Assembly: GCF_001949145.1 (NCBI RefSeq) | Contig: NW_019091361.1 | Span: 2,899,825-2,936,682 of the forward strand | Reading direction: 5' to 3' | Length of the DNA stretch: 36,858 bases | From: Acanthaster planci | Taxonomy: Eukaryota | Made by a program: the position numbers and the translations under genes | The notes under the pieces: model-generated | What the model saw: only the letters and a program-made list of their open reading frames with translations | Database searches by the model: none | What the model was told of the DNA's origin: nothing | Part shown: positions 20,445-33,795 of the stretch, piece after piece | Position numbering within the stretch: position 1 is the stretch's first letter | How the letters are laid out: each line of letters begins with the position of its first letter

Positions 20445-23400
20445 GTAAGAACTAACTGCAATAAACAATCGACTAACCCAACAATGAGTGCAATTTGAGC
20501 AGGCCTATGTTGTCACACTGCAGTATCGCTTTATTTTTCCACCGTGGAGCTGTGGCCATTTTCCTTCATCCATGGTTCAAATTATAGGCCTATTTGCTGC
20601 TGCTTTGGTGGAATAACAAAAGTCTGTGATTATGGAAGCAGCCCTGCAATAGGCGCAGAGTCGTACGGTATTCCCTCTTCCGTGTTTCAAGACCAACCAG
20701 GTAACGTTAATAGGTGTAAACATTCCTCCATGGCCTTCAATATTTCGACACGGGAGCTTCCTGGATCTTCCCTCAATGCTCGTTCATAACTAGACTTGAT
20801 GCAAAGTTGATACTGGTAATTAATTTGATTTTGTTCGGTGAGATCCACACAGCCAGACGATATACCGTATACAGGTTGCGGATGATTGACCATATTAAAT
20901 TCGAAACTTAATTGTCCTATACTAGAGACCAGAGATTGTGGATTTTGACTTAAGTTTACTGACAAAAGACGACCATATAACGACCTGTCAACAACTCTAA
21001 TTCATCTTGCAGTGGCGATTCACACAATTAATAGACTGGTTGCCAGTCCCTGCTGTATTGCCTTTGGACTATTGTAGGGGCTGATTTACAGCGAGTAGTG
21101 AATTTGAGGGTATTCCACTGGATTTGTGTAAAATTGTGTTCATATTTGGAAAATTCACTAAGGCTACAGAGTTAAGTGTTACAGTAATAGGGTTAATAAC
21201 AATTAAGTTAAGTGTGGAATGTAATCCTGAGAAAGCTAATCATTGATGGGCACTTTAATGGCTTTTGAGTACGTACGCTACTAATACCTCTTTGTAGCAA
21301 GTTAAAACAAGTTAAAATCTGCTACAAAGAGGTATTTGACGGCAATCAACTATCCGACAATCATTTTTAAATGATTGCCGGATGGTTGATTACGTCACCT
21401 ACAATTCATCAACATACTTTACTGGTTCCCAGGTGAAGCAGTGTTCATCAGCGCTAAAACAGGATTGCACCCTCGGTTGGCAAACATGTTTAGGCGTCAA
21501 AACACTAAGCCTCTAATTCCTAAACGTCGGTGTTCCATTGTTATACACTATATCCACCGACACTTCTCTCTAAGTTGTCTAAGTGTCAGCAGTGTAAACT
21601 TTATACTGCAATGGATGAAAGTGTTTCGATAGGTGTGTTGTCGCCAACTTTTGCAAACCTTCATATTTGCAAAAATCGAGAAAAAAAATTTCTAGAGTCT
21701 CTCCGCCATTTTGGATCCTACCTTGGATTAAGTCTGAACAACACTGACAGTGAACTTGAGAACCATAATTCGCTATAAACACGGAGCGGTAAAGCTGCAA
21801 ACCCTCGAAGGTACTGAGAGTGGTGTAACTGCGAGTGGGGTGGAGCACAGACCTGGGGGGGGGGGCGTTTCCCACCGTATGTCCTTCGTGCCCCACTCTC
21901 CCCCATTTGAAACTTCAAATGTGTACACAACCAATTAATGTACGAGCTGCAGTCTATCAGCTTTCGCCGGCCCTGAAAAAGTTAGTGCATTCCCTCGGTG
22001 CCAATGAGAAATTTTTATAGATACGCCACTGTGTGCCGTTGTAAATTTCTGCGGCTGGGTTTTCATACGTGGGGACTGTCTTTGCAGGCATGCGTAAAAC
22101 AATCAGGTGATTGAATTAACGTATCAAATGATGATGAATTTGCTTTACATTTCGAGCTTGAGGGTAAAGTTTGATGCCTTTTGGTTGGTTGGTTTTCTTG
22201 GTCACTTCCGTTTTAGGTTGCTTTCATCCAGTCATGATTTCTACATCTAGTCCTACTTTCATACGAACAATTTTACCCAGATGATTGTAGAAAAGACTGG
22301 AGAGCAACAGCAGGTCAGAGGACCATTCAATTAACACGAGCATAAAACGTCTAAATTTGTCCTTTGCAGATATGACTGGTGGTGCCATCAATATTTTCAG
22401 AGGCGAGGCATTCCTGTGGCTGAATACATCCCACTTCTGGGAAGCTCAGCCACGTGTGGTAAACTAGTACGTCATAAGCACCGCTCAATTAAGACGCCCT
22501 TTAAGATTTTACTGACCTGTTTTGTAATTGCTGATCACAGCTGATCTTTCTAGGAAATTTTCATCTTACATAAAAGCAAAACTTCTTGGTGGAATGTAAC
22601 TTTTAATCGACATATTTTTGATAGCTCGCAATATAATTGGTTTTGCATACAGAGGGCCGTGCCGGTTTCTGTAATGAACTGATTAAGTTGAGAAGAACTT
22701 TTGTCAAATCCAGTTCTTTTGTAAACATTGTATTTTTCAATTTTCTTCAGGGATTTCACAGTGCGTGTGAACGTTTCCTCAAAGACAAAGGAAAATATGT
22801 GGGGTAAGGCAACATGGTCACACCAATACTTTTTGTTTTAATTGATAGTGCTGAAGTGTTAACGTTCCCCTAACACCTGCCAGTATTGCACAAATTTCAT
22901 TATCGTGATCCTTTACTTATTTCCTTGTGGTAAATAGAATTGACCTTTTTCAAAAGTCAGCCATATTTTATTGAAAGTGAGATAACTTTTTTATTTTGAC
23001 ACCTGAGAATAGAAAGGAAAGCACTGAAATGAAATTGCATTGTCATTCATGCTAATAAAGATTGTAAAAGTTGTGGTTAATTCTTTTAAGCCACATTTTA
23101 AAAATTGAGAGTGAGGCATTGAATCCAAAAATTGTCTGGCACCAACCCGTCTAACACATTACATTGAATAAGATAGATTCCAAGAACGCAATTAAAATGG
23201 TTTCCCTGTGAATGAGATCCATTAGAGTTTTGAATACTGCTGCACAATGGCGTATTTGATGTAAGATGTGGGAATTCTAAGGGACAACCAGTCTAGGCCC
23301 CGTCCCACCTCAGCTGGAGCGTATTGGCAAACACCTGACGGATCTGTCTGATTATTTGAATTACATCTCCACCGAATGGAGCCCCTTCAAGACAACGAGG

Positions 23401-26400
23401 CCCCACAGGTGTCCTTTTTAAACCCTGTATGCGTCCTTTTGTCAAGAATGAAAAATACCAGGCTGTATTGTGAACACATGCCATGTGGCATCCCTTGGTA
23501 TTAAATGGATAGAAATGGTTTTGACACTTTCAGTGCATCGCAGGATCGGGTAAAAAAAAACCTGCGTCTAAAGCATGAAATTGTTGGGGATGTGAACCAG
23601 TCCAACGTCACTTAATATCACACTTCAGAATATGTCTCAAGTACATGCCCATCATATCACTGATTCACCCGAATGCAAGAATCAATTTTAATTTGAAATT
23701 AAAAAAGAGATCGTTTGAAAGACCTTTTTGCTAGCTGTACAATTTTGATTATGAATAATCTTATTCCAGATTTTCATTCCTATACTGTGTGAGGAGAAGA
23801 TGACTTGATTTTTATTAATGAGATGGAAACTGGTGTTTTGTAGTTGCACTTTTCCCACGGAATGATGCGTAAAATGCACTGCTTGTTTGTTATCCAGTCC
23901 CGGACATGCAGATTATGAAAATAGTAAATTAGGCCTATCTATTACTGTGGTGATTCTACTACAATGAAAAGTTCCAGTTCCTGAAAAACACCCTGAAAGT
24001 TCTTAAGATCTCTATTTTGATTTTCGTAGGATGTATGAAATCCGGCGCCCTGTTCTAATTGTCAGTGATCCTGACATCATCAAGAACGTACTTATCAAGA
24101 ATTTTAACAGTTTCTGCAACCGGCGGGTGAGACACTAGCTGTACACATGATTTCATATTGGAACTCCTCCCTGTTTCCGATCGTCTGCTATGACAGCGTT
24201 CAATGATTGTGGTCATTAATGTCAATTCAAATCCTGGTTGGTTTCAAGGAAATATTAACTGAGCGAGTGACGAGAAATAACGGATTCTATAGCTAGAGTT
24301 GGCACCATGCCTGCGGGAGAATGCCTCACTGGAGGCCCTTAAATGTGTTTTATTCTAGTTGTTGCTGGCATTCTTTTCATGAGTAGTTTTAAGTTCCAGT
24401 GGGGGTTGACATTTGATACAGTGGTGTGGCCCCACCCTCGCCCCGCCAGTTACACCATTGGATTCTTGTGACAGGAAGTTTGCAATTCTGAAGAATTTAT
24501 CCGAGAATTTAACTTAATTGCCAAAAATACACCAATGTTTCAAAAATGCAACATAAACGATGAATCAGAGAAGAGAATAATTATATAGTAATCAGCGAAA
24601 TTGGCAAAATATGCATGACTTACTGTGTCCAAACAATTTTTTTCTGTAACTGTGATGTATGATATCACAGTTTGCTAAAGAATAGGGAATTCTCATAAGC
24701 ATAAAAAACACAAAAGGCAGCAAAATACCCTTTTAAATAGTAAAACAAAAGTTGAAAGCAACAACAGACTCCTGGTGTTGGTTTATAGAATCAGTAGAAT
24801 ATTGGGAGTAGGTCTGTCCACATGCTCCTCTATTTACCTTTATTGCGCTTTAACCTGTTGTCACACATAATCGAATGTTGCCTTATAAAGGTATGCTATA
24901 ATGATGAGGGGATGATGAAAAAAACCACCTGAAAATATATTGTCATCATTGAGCGAAACAGCTGAAGATCTTCAAAGGAAAAGGCATTGAAAGGTTTATT
25001 AGTTTGAGAGGGAAACCCTGTAAGAATGCACACAAAAAATCATACGGCTATGCAAGAAATCGAACCTTCGACCAATGAGAAGCCTTGGTTTTCTGCTCTT
25101 CTGAACGTATAAGCACGTGTTTACCCAACCAGCCAATATTAGTACGTTGGATGCTCGCCGTACGTTGTTACTTTACTCTATTTCTGAGCAGGTAATGCCT
25201 CTCCTTCCAGCGCCCATGAAGAGGGGACTGAATTTGCTGCAAAACGATGAATGGAAAGAAGTACGCAACATCCTTACCCCAACCTTCAGTGCAGCGAAGA
25301 TGAAACAGGTACATTTTATTTATTTTTGGCATACCCTCCGCAAGGTTATACATTTGTTTTGTTTTGTTTTTTGTTTTTTTCAATAGGCGACTGTTGGCGA
25401 AACATTGGTCGTCAAGACCCAAAGGTGCCCAGCTGTAAGCAGACGTTGGAGGTGTTTAGCCAGATCCTCACAAGTCTGAATCAAACACCACCCAGTCAAA
25501 ACGTCAGTGTTTAAGCTATCATCAGAGAATTTTTCCTCTCTGCAGTAGAATTGCAGTCTCGGTGATATATAGCCGTTCTCTAGTCTTGTGAAACCTGGTT
25601 TATAGTCAGAAACTGAAGAGCTACTGATTATCCACAAACTTAAGTTTGTGTCTCTCTCTTAGGAACTGCTTCTTCGTTAATGTCGAGAAACGAAACGAAA
25701 AAAAACACCGCAGGATGGTACACGGAAAAAGTTTTGTACACACAAGTAGAAGGCCTATACTTAGCATTTTTCTGAATCAGAACAAGTTAATAATGAACAT
25801 TGTCAAACAAAATTGGCCTATTGGAGTGACATGAGAATTGGACTGATCAATTTTATGGGTTCCTTTTTTCTTGCGAAAGCTGCCATGCAATTTACTTAAG
25901 ATTAGCTGGAGGACATTCAGCTGGACTGCCAGCGTTAACACACATCGATGATGTGATTGTCTTGTTTTCGTTTTTAGATGTCGTTTGTGATGAATGAGTG
26001 TTGTGATAGGCTGGTGTCCTATTTGGACAAAGCAAGGGAAGGCGGAATTCCTGTTGAATGCCGGCAGTAAGTGCGATCTTTATTTTTGAATTTTAGTATC
26101 TTGGGGGTGGTGGCTTTGCATTCATGATGCACTATATAAGCATTATTGAGACATTCCTTATGGCAGATTTGAAAAATTGTTACTTGTGCATAAATGTCTA
26201 GATTGAACTGAAAGGTATGCCCTCTGTAATAAGGGAAAGAATATACACAATTTCCATGGAAACCTCTTGTCCGAAACATTTTCTTGCAGTGTGTTTGGGG
26301 GCTACACCATGGATGTCATTGCAAGATGTGGTTTTGGTCTTCGTGCAGACTCTTACGACAAAGACGATCCTTTCGTGAGGAATGGCAGCAAAATGTTTGA

Positions 26401-29400
26401 CTTCAAAGTGGAATCTCTTGTTTCACTTCTGTTGGGTAAATAGCCAAGGGGGGTGAATACGACACAAAGGCGCAGCCGATTGCGCAGTAGACACAGCAGG
26501 CTCCCAACCTCGAGCCTCCAAAATATCTGGAAGTCTGCAAAAAGTTTGAGCGCCTGCCATAAGGTGAACTGGCCTTCTTGTCAATAAGGCAGAGTGTTCC
26601 ACACAGAGCACATAATTTGGGGGAAACTGTCATAATCCGGCCGTGTCAATATTTGTCATTTTTTTGTCATTGAAATATCTTGTTGACCCTGGGTGCGGGT
26701 TCCGATGACGTATTTCATTTTTACTGCTTCGTGTTCGCCAAATACGTCATTGATGTATTTTCCACTGGCATAATGTGCATTTACCTGTTCGTGTATATTC
26801 ATGTATAACTGTACACGTAATACATGAGAAAACATACACTGCGAATCAGGTTGACCTTGCTGTGTGCACATTTTGGATTAAAAACTCTCAGCATTAATTT
26901 TCTTTTTGTTTGCAGTAATATTTCCAGTTTTGGCCACACCCCTCACGAAACTGACGAAATATAGCTTAATTGATCAGTCAGCCGTGGATTTTTTCGTGGA
27001 TGTCACGAAGGAAGTTGTCAATTTGCGGAGGCGTGGAGAGCGTGAGTCTAAGGTGAGATGGGACCCTCCCAAACTCTTTTTTTTCGAGAACATTCTTTTC
27101 AAAATCCATAAAATTTATGACAATCTCTGTTAATTCTTCTTTTTCGTCCTTATTTTACTGGCTGTATAGACTCTGTGATTTCTGTCTTGGATGGCATCAC
27201 GCCATTACTAATTAATGTGAAAATGTGCATTATCATACGTCATACGTTTTTAAGTAAAAAGGCACCGAAACCCCCTTAAACTGTCACTGGAAAAGTTGTC
27301 TATCAGTTTTAATGAGACATAAAGGAAGAACTGCCGTAGTAAATTACACTATGCCATATGCACTATGGCTGGCCCATGTTATATAACGTCAATACGGTCG
27401 TCTTCAATGTTATGGTTATTGTTGTTATCCATTTGTGATTTATCGCTCGTTTTGATTTCGATTTTGTCGTTGTCGATGACATTTTGGTATGTTCATTTTG
27501 GTATAACACGCTTGAACGCAGACTAGGCCCATAAGACAGTCCGTATTTCTTTGCCACCATTATTCTTTTTATTTTTTAGAACATCGATGTGCTTCAACTG
27601 CTCCTTAATGCCCACAATGATCCCGAGTATGACCAGGGAGAGTCGGCGTCCAGACTCAACGGTCGAGAAAATGTCGTCGTCCGGCGTAAGCCGCTGTCCA
27701 CCACTGATGTCCTGGCTCAGGTACGTCCTGGACCTCGTTGGTCTTATAAAAGAATCGCTGCTGTCCACACAGGGACGCCATGGATGGCATGTATGTGTTA
27801 TGTACGTTTCATTTTTGCTGGACCACAGCAAAGGACTGCCTACAGACAAGATCACAGATTTTGTTTTTGTATATCTTATAATAGTCGGCTGTATTACAGG
27901 TGTTTAGACTCTTTCTTTCGACTATTTCGTGCATGCTTGCGATATACTTAGATCGACCTTATAGATTTCGTCTTAGAGTCAGCTCAGTGGTATTCCAAAT
28001 GTTCTTGAATCAGGTCTCAGCTTGGAGTAAAAATGTATCGAGAGAGTGATCTTCCTCAATCTCTACAATATAAAGAAAATACAGACTCAACACATTTATC
28101 AATACCTATCATTAACGTTTCATCAGACATCAATTCCTATGGCACTTTAGTTCTCACGATCACAACGCCAGATTACCTACAATTTTTCCACTTCAGTACC
28201 TTAATGTCAGACAACCCACTTACCATCTTTAGACGTAGTAATATGTTTTACATTTTTTAAATCAAGATATTTATTTATTTTCTTAAGGCCCTTAACATGT
28301 CTCGTCTTCTTTACTGGCCCTTGTCTCCTTTTATCGAGTATCCCATCTTAAGCGTCATTCTATACAGGGTATTTAAAAAGTAAACATTTAGAAAATTGTC
28401 TACAAAATAGAAGTTTTATTAGTTTCCAGAAATTTTTTATCATATATTGATAGACCAAGGTTTTTTGCTTTGTTTGCCATCACATCAATGATCAGCCGTT
28501 CTGCATGAGTGAGCACTGCAGCATTGATTTACAATTACAGAAAGTGGTTGTAAATTTGGGGCCTGTGCTTTGTTTCTTTCAAATTCCCAGAGAAATGTTG
28601 TTGACCCTTTGCCCTCCTCAAAATATTAACCCAGATTTATCCTCATTACAATAATGACAACAGCATGGCGCAAAAAGGCAATTGTTCATAGCAATGGATC
28701 TTTCACCATACAGGAATGCAAGTTCATGAGGGTTTCATGTCACACATGCGCATCTTAGTCCTCTACGTGGCCTCCATATCTCTTCTCACACACTTTAGCA
28801 TCAATCTCAGCAATAGCTTACCCAGAAGGATGAAACCCTCTTATGTAACACTCACGGCTATGTGTACTTCAGCATCAATCTCAGCAGTAGCTTACCCAGA
28901 AGGATGAAACCCTCTTATGTAACACTCACGGCTATGTGCACTTCAGCATCAACCACAGCAGTAGCTTACCCAGAAGGATGAAACCCTCTTATGTAACACT
29001 CACGGCTATGTGCACTTCAGCATCAGTCTCAGCAGTAGCTTACCCAGAAGGATGAAACCCTCTTATGTAACACTCACGGCTATGTGCACTTCAGCATCAA
29101 CCTCAGCAGTAGCTTACCCAGAAGGATGAAACCCTCTTATGTAACACTCACGGCTATGTGCACGTTCAAATCACTGAAAATTCGTGTGTCAAGTTTTCAT
29201 TTCGACGGACCATTGACTTTTGTTGCCACTGTGATTTTGAGGGCAAATTGCCTTTGAGTAGTGTTTATGACGAGTCTATCATGAACTCATGGTTGTGTAA
29301 AATGGGGATTGCTAGACAGTGAAATTGAAATAAGTTTCGATGTATTGGATGTTGCCAAGCATTCCAAACACAATTATCTTTCGGCGCTTTCTGCTTTGTG

Positions 29401-31855
29401 CCACATGCTAATTACAATTCTTTTTTGTTACCAGGCATTGACATTTTTCTCGGCCGGATACGAGACAACCAATACCGTGCTAAGTTTGACTGCATACCTA
29501 CTCGCTATGAACCAAGACGTCCAAGAGAAGCTGTACGCCGAGATCGATAGCCTCACTCCAACAAGAAACGACGTTACCTACGGCGTCATCCACAATATGG
29601 TGTACTTGGACATGGTGATAAGCGAGTCTCTCCGCCTGTTTCCACCAGTTGTCCTGTAAGCGGCCACAAGTTAATTCTTCTGGTTTTGAAATTAAAGCCC
29701 CCTTTTGTGATTCTATTTCACGTTCTTCCCACTTTAAGCAAGCACAACAGACAGAGTCACAGAGGGTCAGTCAGGATGGTCATCGTGCAGTTTAATTAAT
29801 TTATTTACATGTTCTTACCATTATCATCTACCAATAATTTGAGCACAATGGAACATTGAAAACAGCACTCGAAAGTATGGGCGCGTTCTAGTAGTAATCC
29901 ATATGACATGTCACTGGCATACAATTTACATAATGCCTGCGCCGGTTTTTGGTTTGTACCTTATGTTGTGAAATATCAATTCAGAGACAAGTATTTTCAT
30001 CATAACTTGAAAATGACAATGCAGTACCAATTATTTTACTAGAACCCTGGAAATTGTTCTCTAATGTTTCAGTGAACCATTAATTTTTCAGCTTTTATTT
30101 TGCTTTTTCGAATCTGTATCGTGCAACCTTCTCAGTTTTCGTACTAATGTGAATGTTCATTTTCGTGTGCAAAACTGTTATGTCATCGAAGGGACTGAAT
30201 CTGATTTGTACGCCAAAGCTGCTGGAAGTTTTGATGCGGTATCTTGCTTTTCCTTCCCTTTTTTTACTGACGGCCAACCACAGTTGTGGCAGCTACTTGT
30301 AGGAAACCTGTGACTGTGACGACAAAAACACAGACCCTATATTGGCCTACCAAAAGTTAATGCAAAGTATAAACATGGCACAAACACTTTAGATGGAAGC
30401 ACTTTGTCAAAAGAAAGATTTATACGACTGATGAGATTTTTATATTTGTTTTACCTACAACTTGGCTCCATTCAGAATTTGAATATGTTTATTTAATGCC
30501 TGACAACCCATGTTCTCTCTATCGTCCTTAAAAGGAAAAAATTTAGTGTCTTTCATGAATGAATTTGTTTTAAAATGCTCAGAATGTTGCTCTCACAATA
30601 ATGGTTCAACTTTTGTTCTCAGTCTCGAACGCGTCTGCAATGAAACAACACGATACAACGGTTTGACCATTGAAAAGGGACTGGTTCTGTTCATCAGCAC
30701 CTGGTCTATTCATCACAGCGAAGACTACTGGCCGAATCCCACCCAATTTGATCCTGAGCGGTAAAAAGTTTGAACTTTGAAGAAATTAAAGTTTGGAGCT
30801 GATTTCATCAAAGCTAGAATTTTGATAAAAAGAGACAGATTTGACAAATCCCCCTAGGAGTTGGAATTCTTGGTCTTTTGAAAAGTGAAGATGGTACACA
30901 CATCATGATTAAAATGAAACCTTCCTCACAAGTTTTGTTTTCGAAATGCAGGTTCAATGCTGATAACAAAGCCAACATCAAGCCTTATACATACATGCCG
31001 TTTGGCCTTGGACCCCGTAATTGCATCGCGATGCGGTTTGCCTTACTGGAGGCCAAAATAGCACTAGTTCGAGTTTTGCAGCAATTTCGCTTTGATGTTT
31101 GCCAGAAAACTCAGGTGAGCACAGTTAAACTGTTGTCCAACCCAACTGGGCTCAATGTCACGGAGCTGCTTAAAAGTTAGCTTAAAAGTTGTGCTAACTT
31201 AAGCAGAAAAATTGGCTATAACCCCAGCACTATTTCATTGGGGTGCTGGGTGTGACCATTGATCTCCATCATAAAGACCGGATAGGATATTGCGCGTTGT
31301 TTGGGCACAAAATGGCTGGCGAATAATGGACGTCACTAAGTTTAAGCATATATTTAACTTCAAGGTTAGCATGCCTTTGGCTGTGCTTACAGTCTCCGTG
31401 AAATACGCGGTGCCTCTTTATAAAAGCGTTAAATCGTGTGCTAAGTAGCGCCGTGATATTGGGCCCTGAAAATCAGTGTCACATCCAATATTCTGCTGTA
31501 CTTCTTGTTCTATTGGCCGCAGACTATCTTTCGCTCACCAGTTGATAGAATGAATAAGCCAGTGACATAAATCAACAAAGTTATTTAATCAGGTGTTTAC
31601 GCATAGATGGCAGAGTAATCCACAAAAGCAAGCTTGACGAGACATGTCGCTTACCCGCTCTGGTTGCGGGTGTATGCATACTGACAATGGCTAAGTACCT
31701 ATACTGTCATTCCATGCTTATTGATGAACGAAAAATTCTTTGAAGGTGTCGTGAAATCAATTTGGGAATTTCTTTTCTAGATCCCGCCAACTCTTAAGAA
31801 ATTTGGATTGATTTCTCCTGAGAGTGTGATGCTGAGTGTCATTCCAAGGAACTAG
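20365..31855 (+). CDS. Cytochrome P450, clan 3 (CYP3A/CYP5A-like), 13 exons, 517 aa
   Basis: GT-AG exons 20365-20444, 22370-22466, 22751-22803, 24030-24126, 25192-25308, 25978-26066, 26290-26435, 26916-27052, 27580-27720, 29435-29655, 30623-30760, 30952-31114 and 31781-31855 splice into a 1554-nt open frame. N-terminal membrane anchor, WKEVR (WxxxR), AGYETT, ESLR (ExxR), FDPERF and heme motif [10 protein letters not shown] are present. Confidence 0.95.
20620..21010 (-). mobile_element. Possible highly decayed non-LTR retrotransposon fragment in CYP intron 1
   Basis: Minus-strand peptides [12 protein letters not shown] and EEGIPYD resemble LINE ORF2 pre-RT motifs; weak. Confidence 0.3.
21283..21397. 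repeat. Two abutting inverted repeats (hairpins) in CYP intron 1
   Basis: aatacctctttgtagca/tgctacaaagaggtatt (perfect 17-bp arms), then tgacggcaatcaactatccgacaatcattt/aaatgattgccggatggttgattacgtca. Confidence 0.85.
22370..22466 (+). CDS. CYP exon 2
   Basis: [25 protein letters not shown]; tttgcag| acceptor and |gtacgt donor. Confidence 0.88.
22751..22803 (+). CDS. CYP exon 3
   Basis: 53 nt, [18 protein letters not shown]; ttcttcag| and |gtaagg. Confidence 0.88.
24030..24126 (+). CDS. CYP exon 4
   Basis: [32 protein letters not shown]; canonical splice sites. Confidence 0.93.
25192..25308 (+). CDS. CYP exon 5
   Basis: [20 protein letters not shown]; canonical splice sites. Confidence 0.9.
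25978..26066 (+). CDS. CYP exon 6
   Basis: 89 nt, [18 protein letters not shown]; tttttag| and |gtaagt. Confidence 0.9.
26290..26435 (+). CDS. CYP exon 7
   Basis: [16 protein letters not shown]...DDPFV; canonical splice sites. Confidence 0.92.
26916..27052 (+). CDS. CYP exon 8
   Basis: IFPVLATPL...[16 protein letters not shown]; canonical splice sites. Confidence 0.9.
27580..27720 (+). CDS. CYP exon 9
   Basis: [12 protein letters not shown]...[10 protein letters not shown]; canonical splice sites. Confidence 0.9.
28790..29163 (+). repeat. 74-bp minisatellite, ~5 copies, in CYP intron 9
   Basis: agcttacccagaaggatgaaaccctcttatgtaacactcacggctatgtg recurs at 28815, 28889, 28963, 29037 and 29111. 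Confidence 0.97.
29435..29655 (+). CDS. CYP exon 10 (I-helix to K-helix)
   Basis: [12 protein letters not shown]...[15 protein letters not shown]. Confidence 0.95.
30623..30760 (+). CDS. CYP exon 11
   Basis: LERVCNETT...[12 protein letters not shown]. Confidence 0.94.
30952..31114 (+). CDS. CYP exon 12 (heme-binding cysteine)
   Basis: [22 protein letters not shown]. Confidence 0.96.
31146..31468. mobile_element. MITE with ~27-bp terminal inverted repeats in CYP intron 12
   Basis: ctgggctcaatgtcacggagctgctta versus the reverse complement of the right end, cagggcccaatatcacggcgctactta. Confidence 0.75.
31781..31855 (+). CDS. CYP exon 13 (terminal)
   Basis: ttttctag| [24 protein letters not shown]. 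Confidence 0.88.
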   Translation: MPPTLKKFGLISPESVMLSVIPRN

Positions 31856-32805
31856 AGCTACGGGAATCATCAGTCATGAAAGTTGTCTCATGGCAGCATC
31901 AGCTTAGAGTGGGAGAACGTAAAACCAAAATAGTTGAGTGTTTCTCGCTTGCTTTCAGTTGAAACAAATTATATAAGGAAACTGACTAGGTGCTTACAAA
32001 TGATTATAGGGAAGCGTCTTTTAGGGGTCACCGTAGTCTATTCGGCAGACCGCCCAGCTCAGTAGAAATGTATGACAAATACATGTACCTACGAAGATGG
32101 TGCGGAACGGTGGGCGCGAGTGAGCTATTTTTTTCCAATGTGGGCACCACCGAGTGAGTATATCCTGGGTGAAAACTTTCGCCACGAAAACTAAGGTTTC
32201 ATGTCGTAAGGGGTAATTTGTTCTCTCTTAACCTTCTCTGGCTCATAATTCCTAGCGTCTAGCCCGACTTGATGAACAATAGGGTCAGAGAAAATCGAAG
32301 AATGAGTGATGTTGGAGTGTTTATTAACCATTTTGATTGTAAAGTTTCACGTGAAGCGTACATGTGATATTGTACTCAAGCTGTTTGTTTGGCAACTCGC
32401 ATGCTTTACACTAGAGTTTCAATTTTTACTCCACACACTGTTCATTGTCAGGTGCTGTCTGGAAGGCCAAGTCCGCAGCCGCACACCGGCCTGGCATTCA
32501 GGGAAAATGGAATTGCAAATAAAGAAATAAAGGAACTGGGGAAATTTTAAGAGTATAGCAATGTAGGAATAATACTGGAAAATAGGAATAACGAAATTGG
32601 AATAGTAGTTGGGCCTAATTGTAATCAAACCTAGACATTTGAACCTCCAAAGGTTAATGTGAAATAAAACTCTGTGAAATTGAGACAGTTGTATTTGGAC
32701 TGTATTTGCTTGTCTTCCTTTGCCTTGGCGTCCTTAAACTAATAATTTAAGCGGACTTCCCTTAATAGATAGCCTGTCATTACATAAAGATGAACAAAGA
32801 ACTTG

Positions 32806-32877
32806 ACTGGAGCCAGATTTGAACCTGCGACCTCCAGAATACCGTACAGGTGCTTTACCAACTGAGCTATCCAGCCC
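32806..32877 (-). mobile_element. tRNA-derived SINE head / tRNA pseudogene
   Basis: Minus strand reads gggctggaTAGCTCAGTTGGtaaagcacctgtacggtattctggaggtcgcaGGTTCAAATCtggctccag, with A and B boxes but broken stems. Confidence 0.7.
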
Positions 32878-33199
32878 TATGTTGTTAGCCCTTCCCATTT
32901 GTCAATATTTTTGTTCAGGGGACGCTAGCCAGAAAGCATTAAACCTGAAACACGATGTAAAATGTGGTTATTGGATTACATTAAGCCTATGAGTGTTTGC
33001 ACGTTATAAAAGCGTTGTTAGGAGGAGTTCCAAGGATTTTTTTATCTATCATACGATCGCAGTTCAACACAATGTGTTGGGTTAAACTGCATAAGGTGAT
33101 TAAAATATTTGAAGACTTTAATTAGAAACACATCAAATGTAACCTAATAAAAGAAAATATATTTGCAACTTTTGACGTGGCAAAAAAAGCAAACTATTA

Positions 33200-33795
33200 C
33201 AGTTACGAGCTGTAGCCAAGGGTGAAATGACAGATTCCCCAACATGAATACCATCCAAAGTTACCTAGGATATTTGTTGACGAGTGCCAATAATGATAAA
33301 TTCCGTTTTATTGCCATTCAAAAATAATCCATTATTAAACATTCATTGTCTGACATCGTGTATGCAAGCCTCCATAGCTGACAGGGCAAATTCCTGACTA
33401 TCAGTTTCATCTGGACAAAATGATAAATACAACTGAGTATCATCAGCTTAGCAATGGATTCTTGGGTGATGAGCATTGACGATGTCAAACAACTGACTAG
33501 TGTACAAGATAAACAATAAAGGACCTAAACATGACCCTTGAGGAACACCCCCATTCAAGATTACGTTTACTAGATAGTTTACCATTGACCAAATCCCTTT
33601 GAGATCTACCACTCAAATATGAGTTAAACAAGATGAGGGCAGTGCCAATAATTCCAAAACGTGACTGGGGTAAACTCAAAAGAACATCATGATCTAATGC
33701 GTGGAAAGCTGCACTCAAATCTAATAACATCAGAAGTGTAACGTATTTCCTGTTCACGGCCATCAACAAATCATTTTGATGTAGTAACTTGAGCA
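33200..33795 (-). mobile_element. Decayed L2/CR1-type LINE reverse transcriptase fragment
   Basis: [35 protein letters not shown] and LNGNKTEFIIIG motifs, with a frameshift and stop codons. Confidence 0.92.

Noticed and set aside
28790..29163. CRISPR-like array
   Set aside because: No unique spacers, whole units repeat, eukaryotic intron context, no cas genes
32806..32877. Functional tRNA gene
   Set aside because: Acceptor, anticodon and T stems are mismatched; better explained as a SINE head
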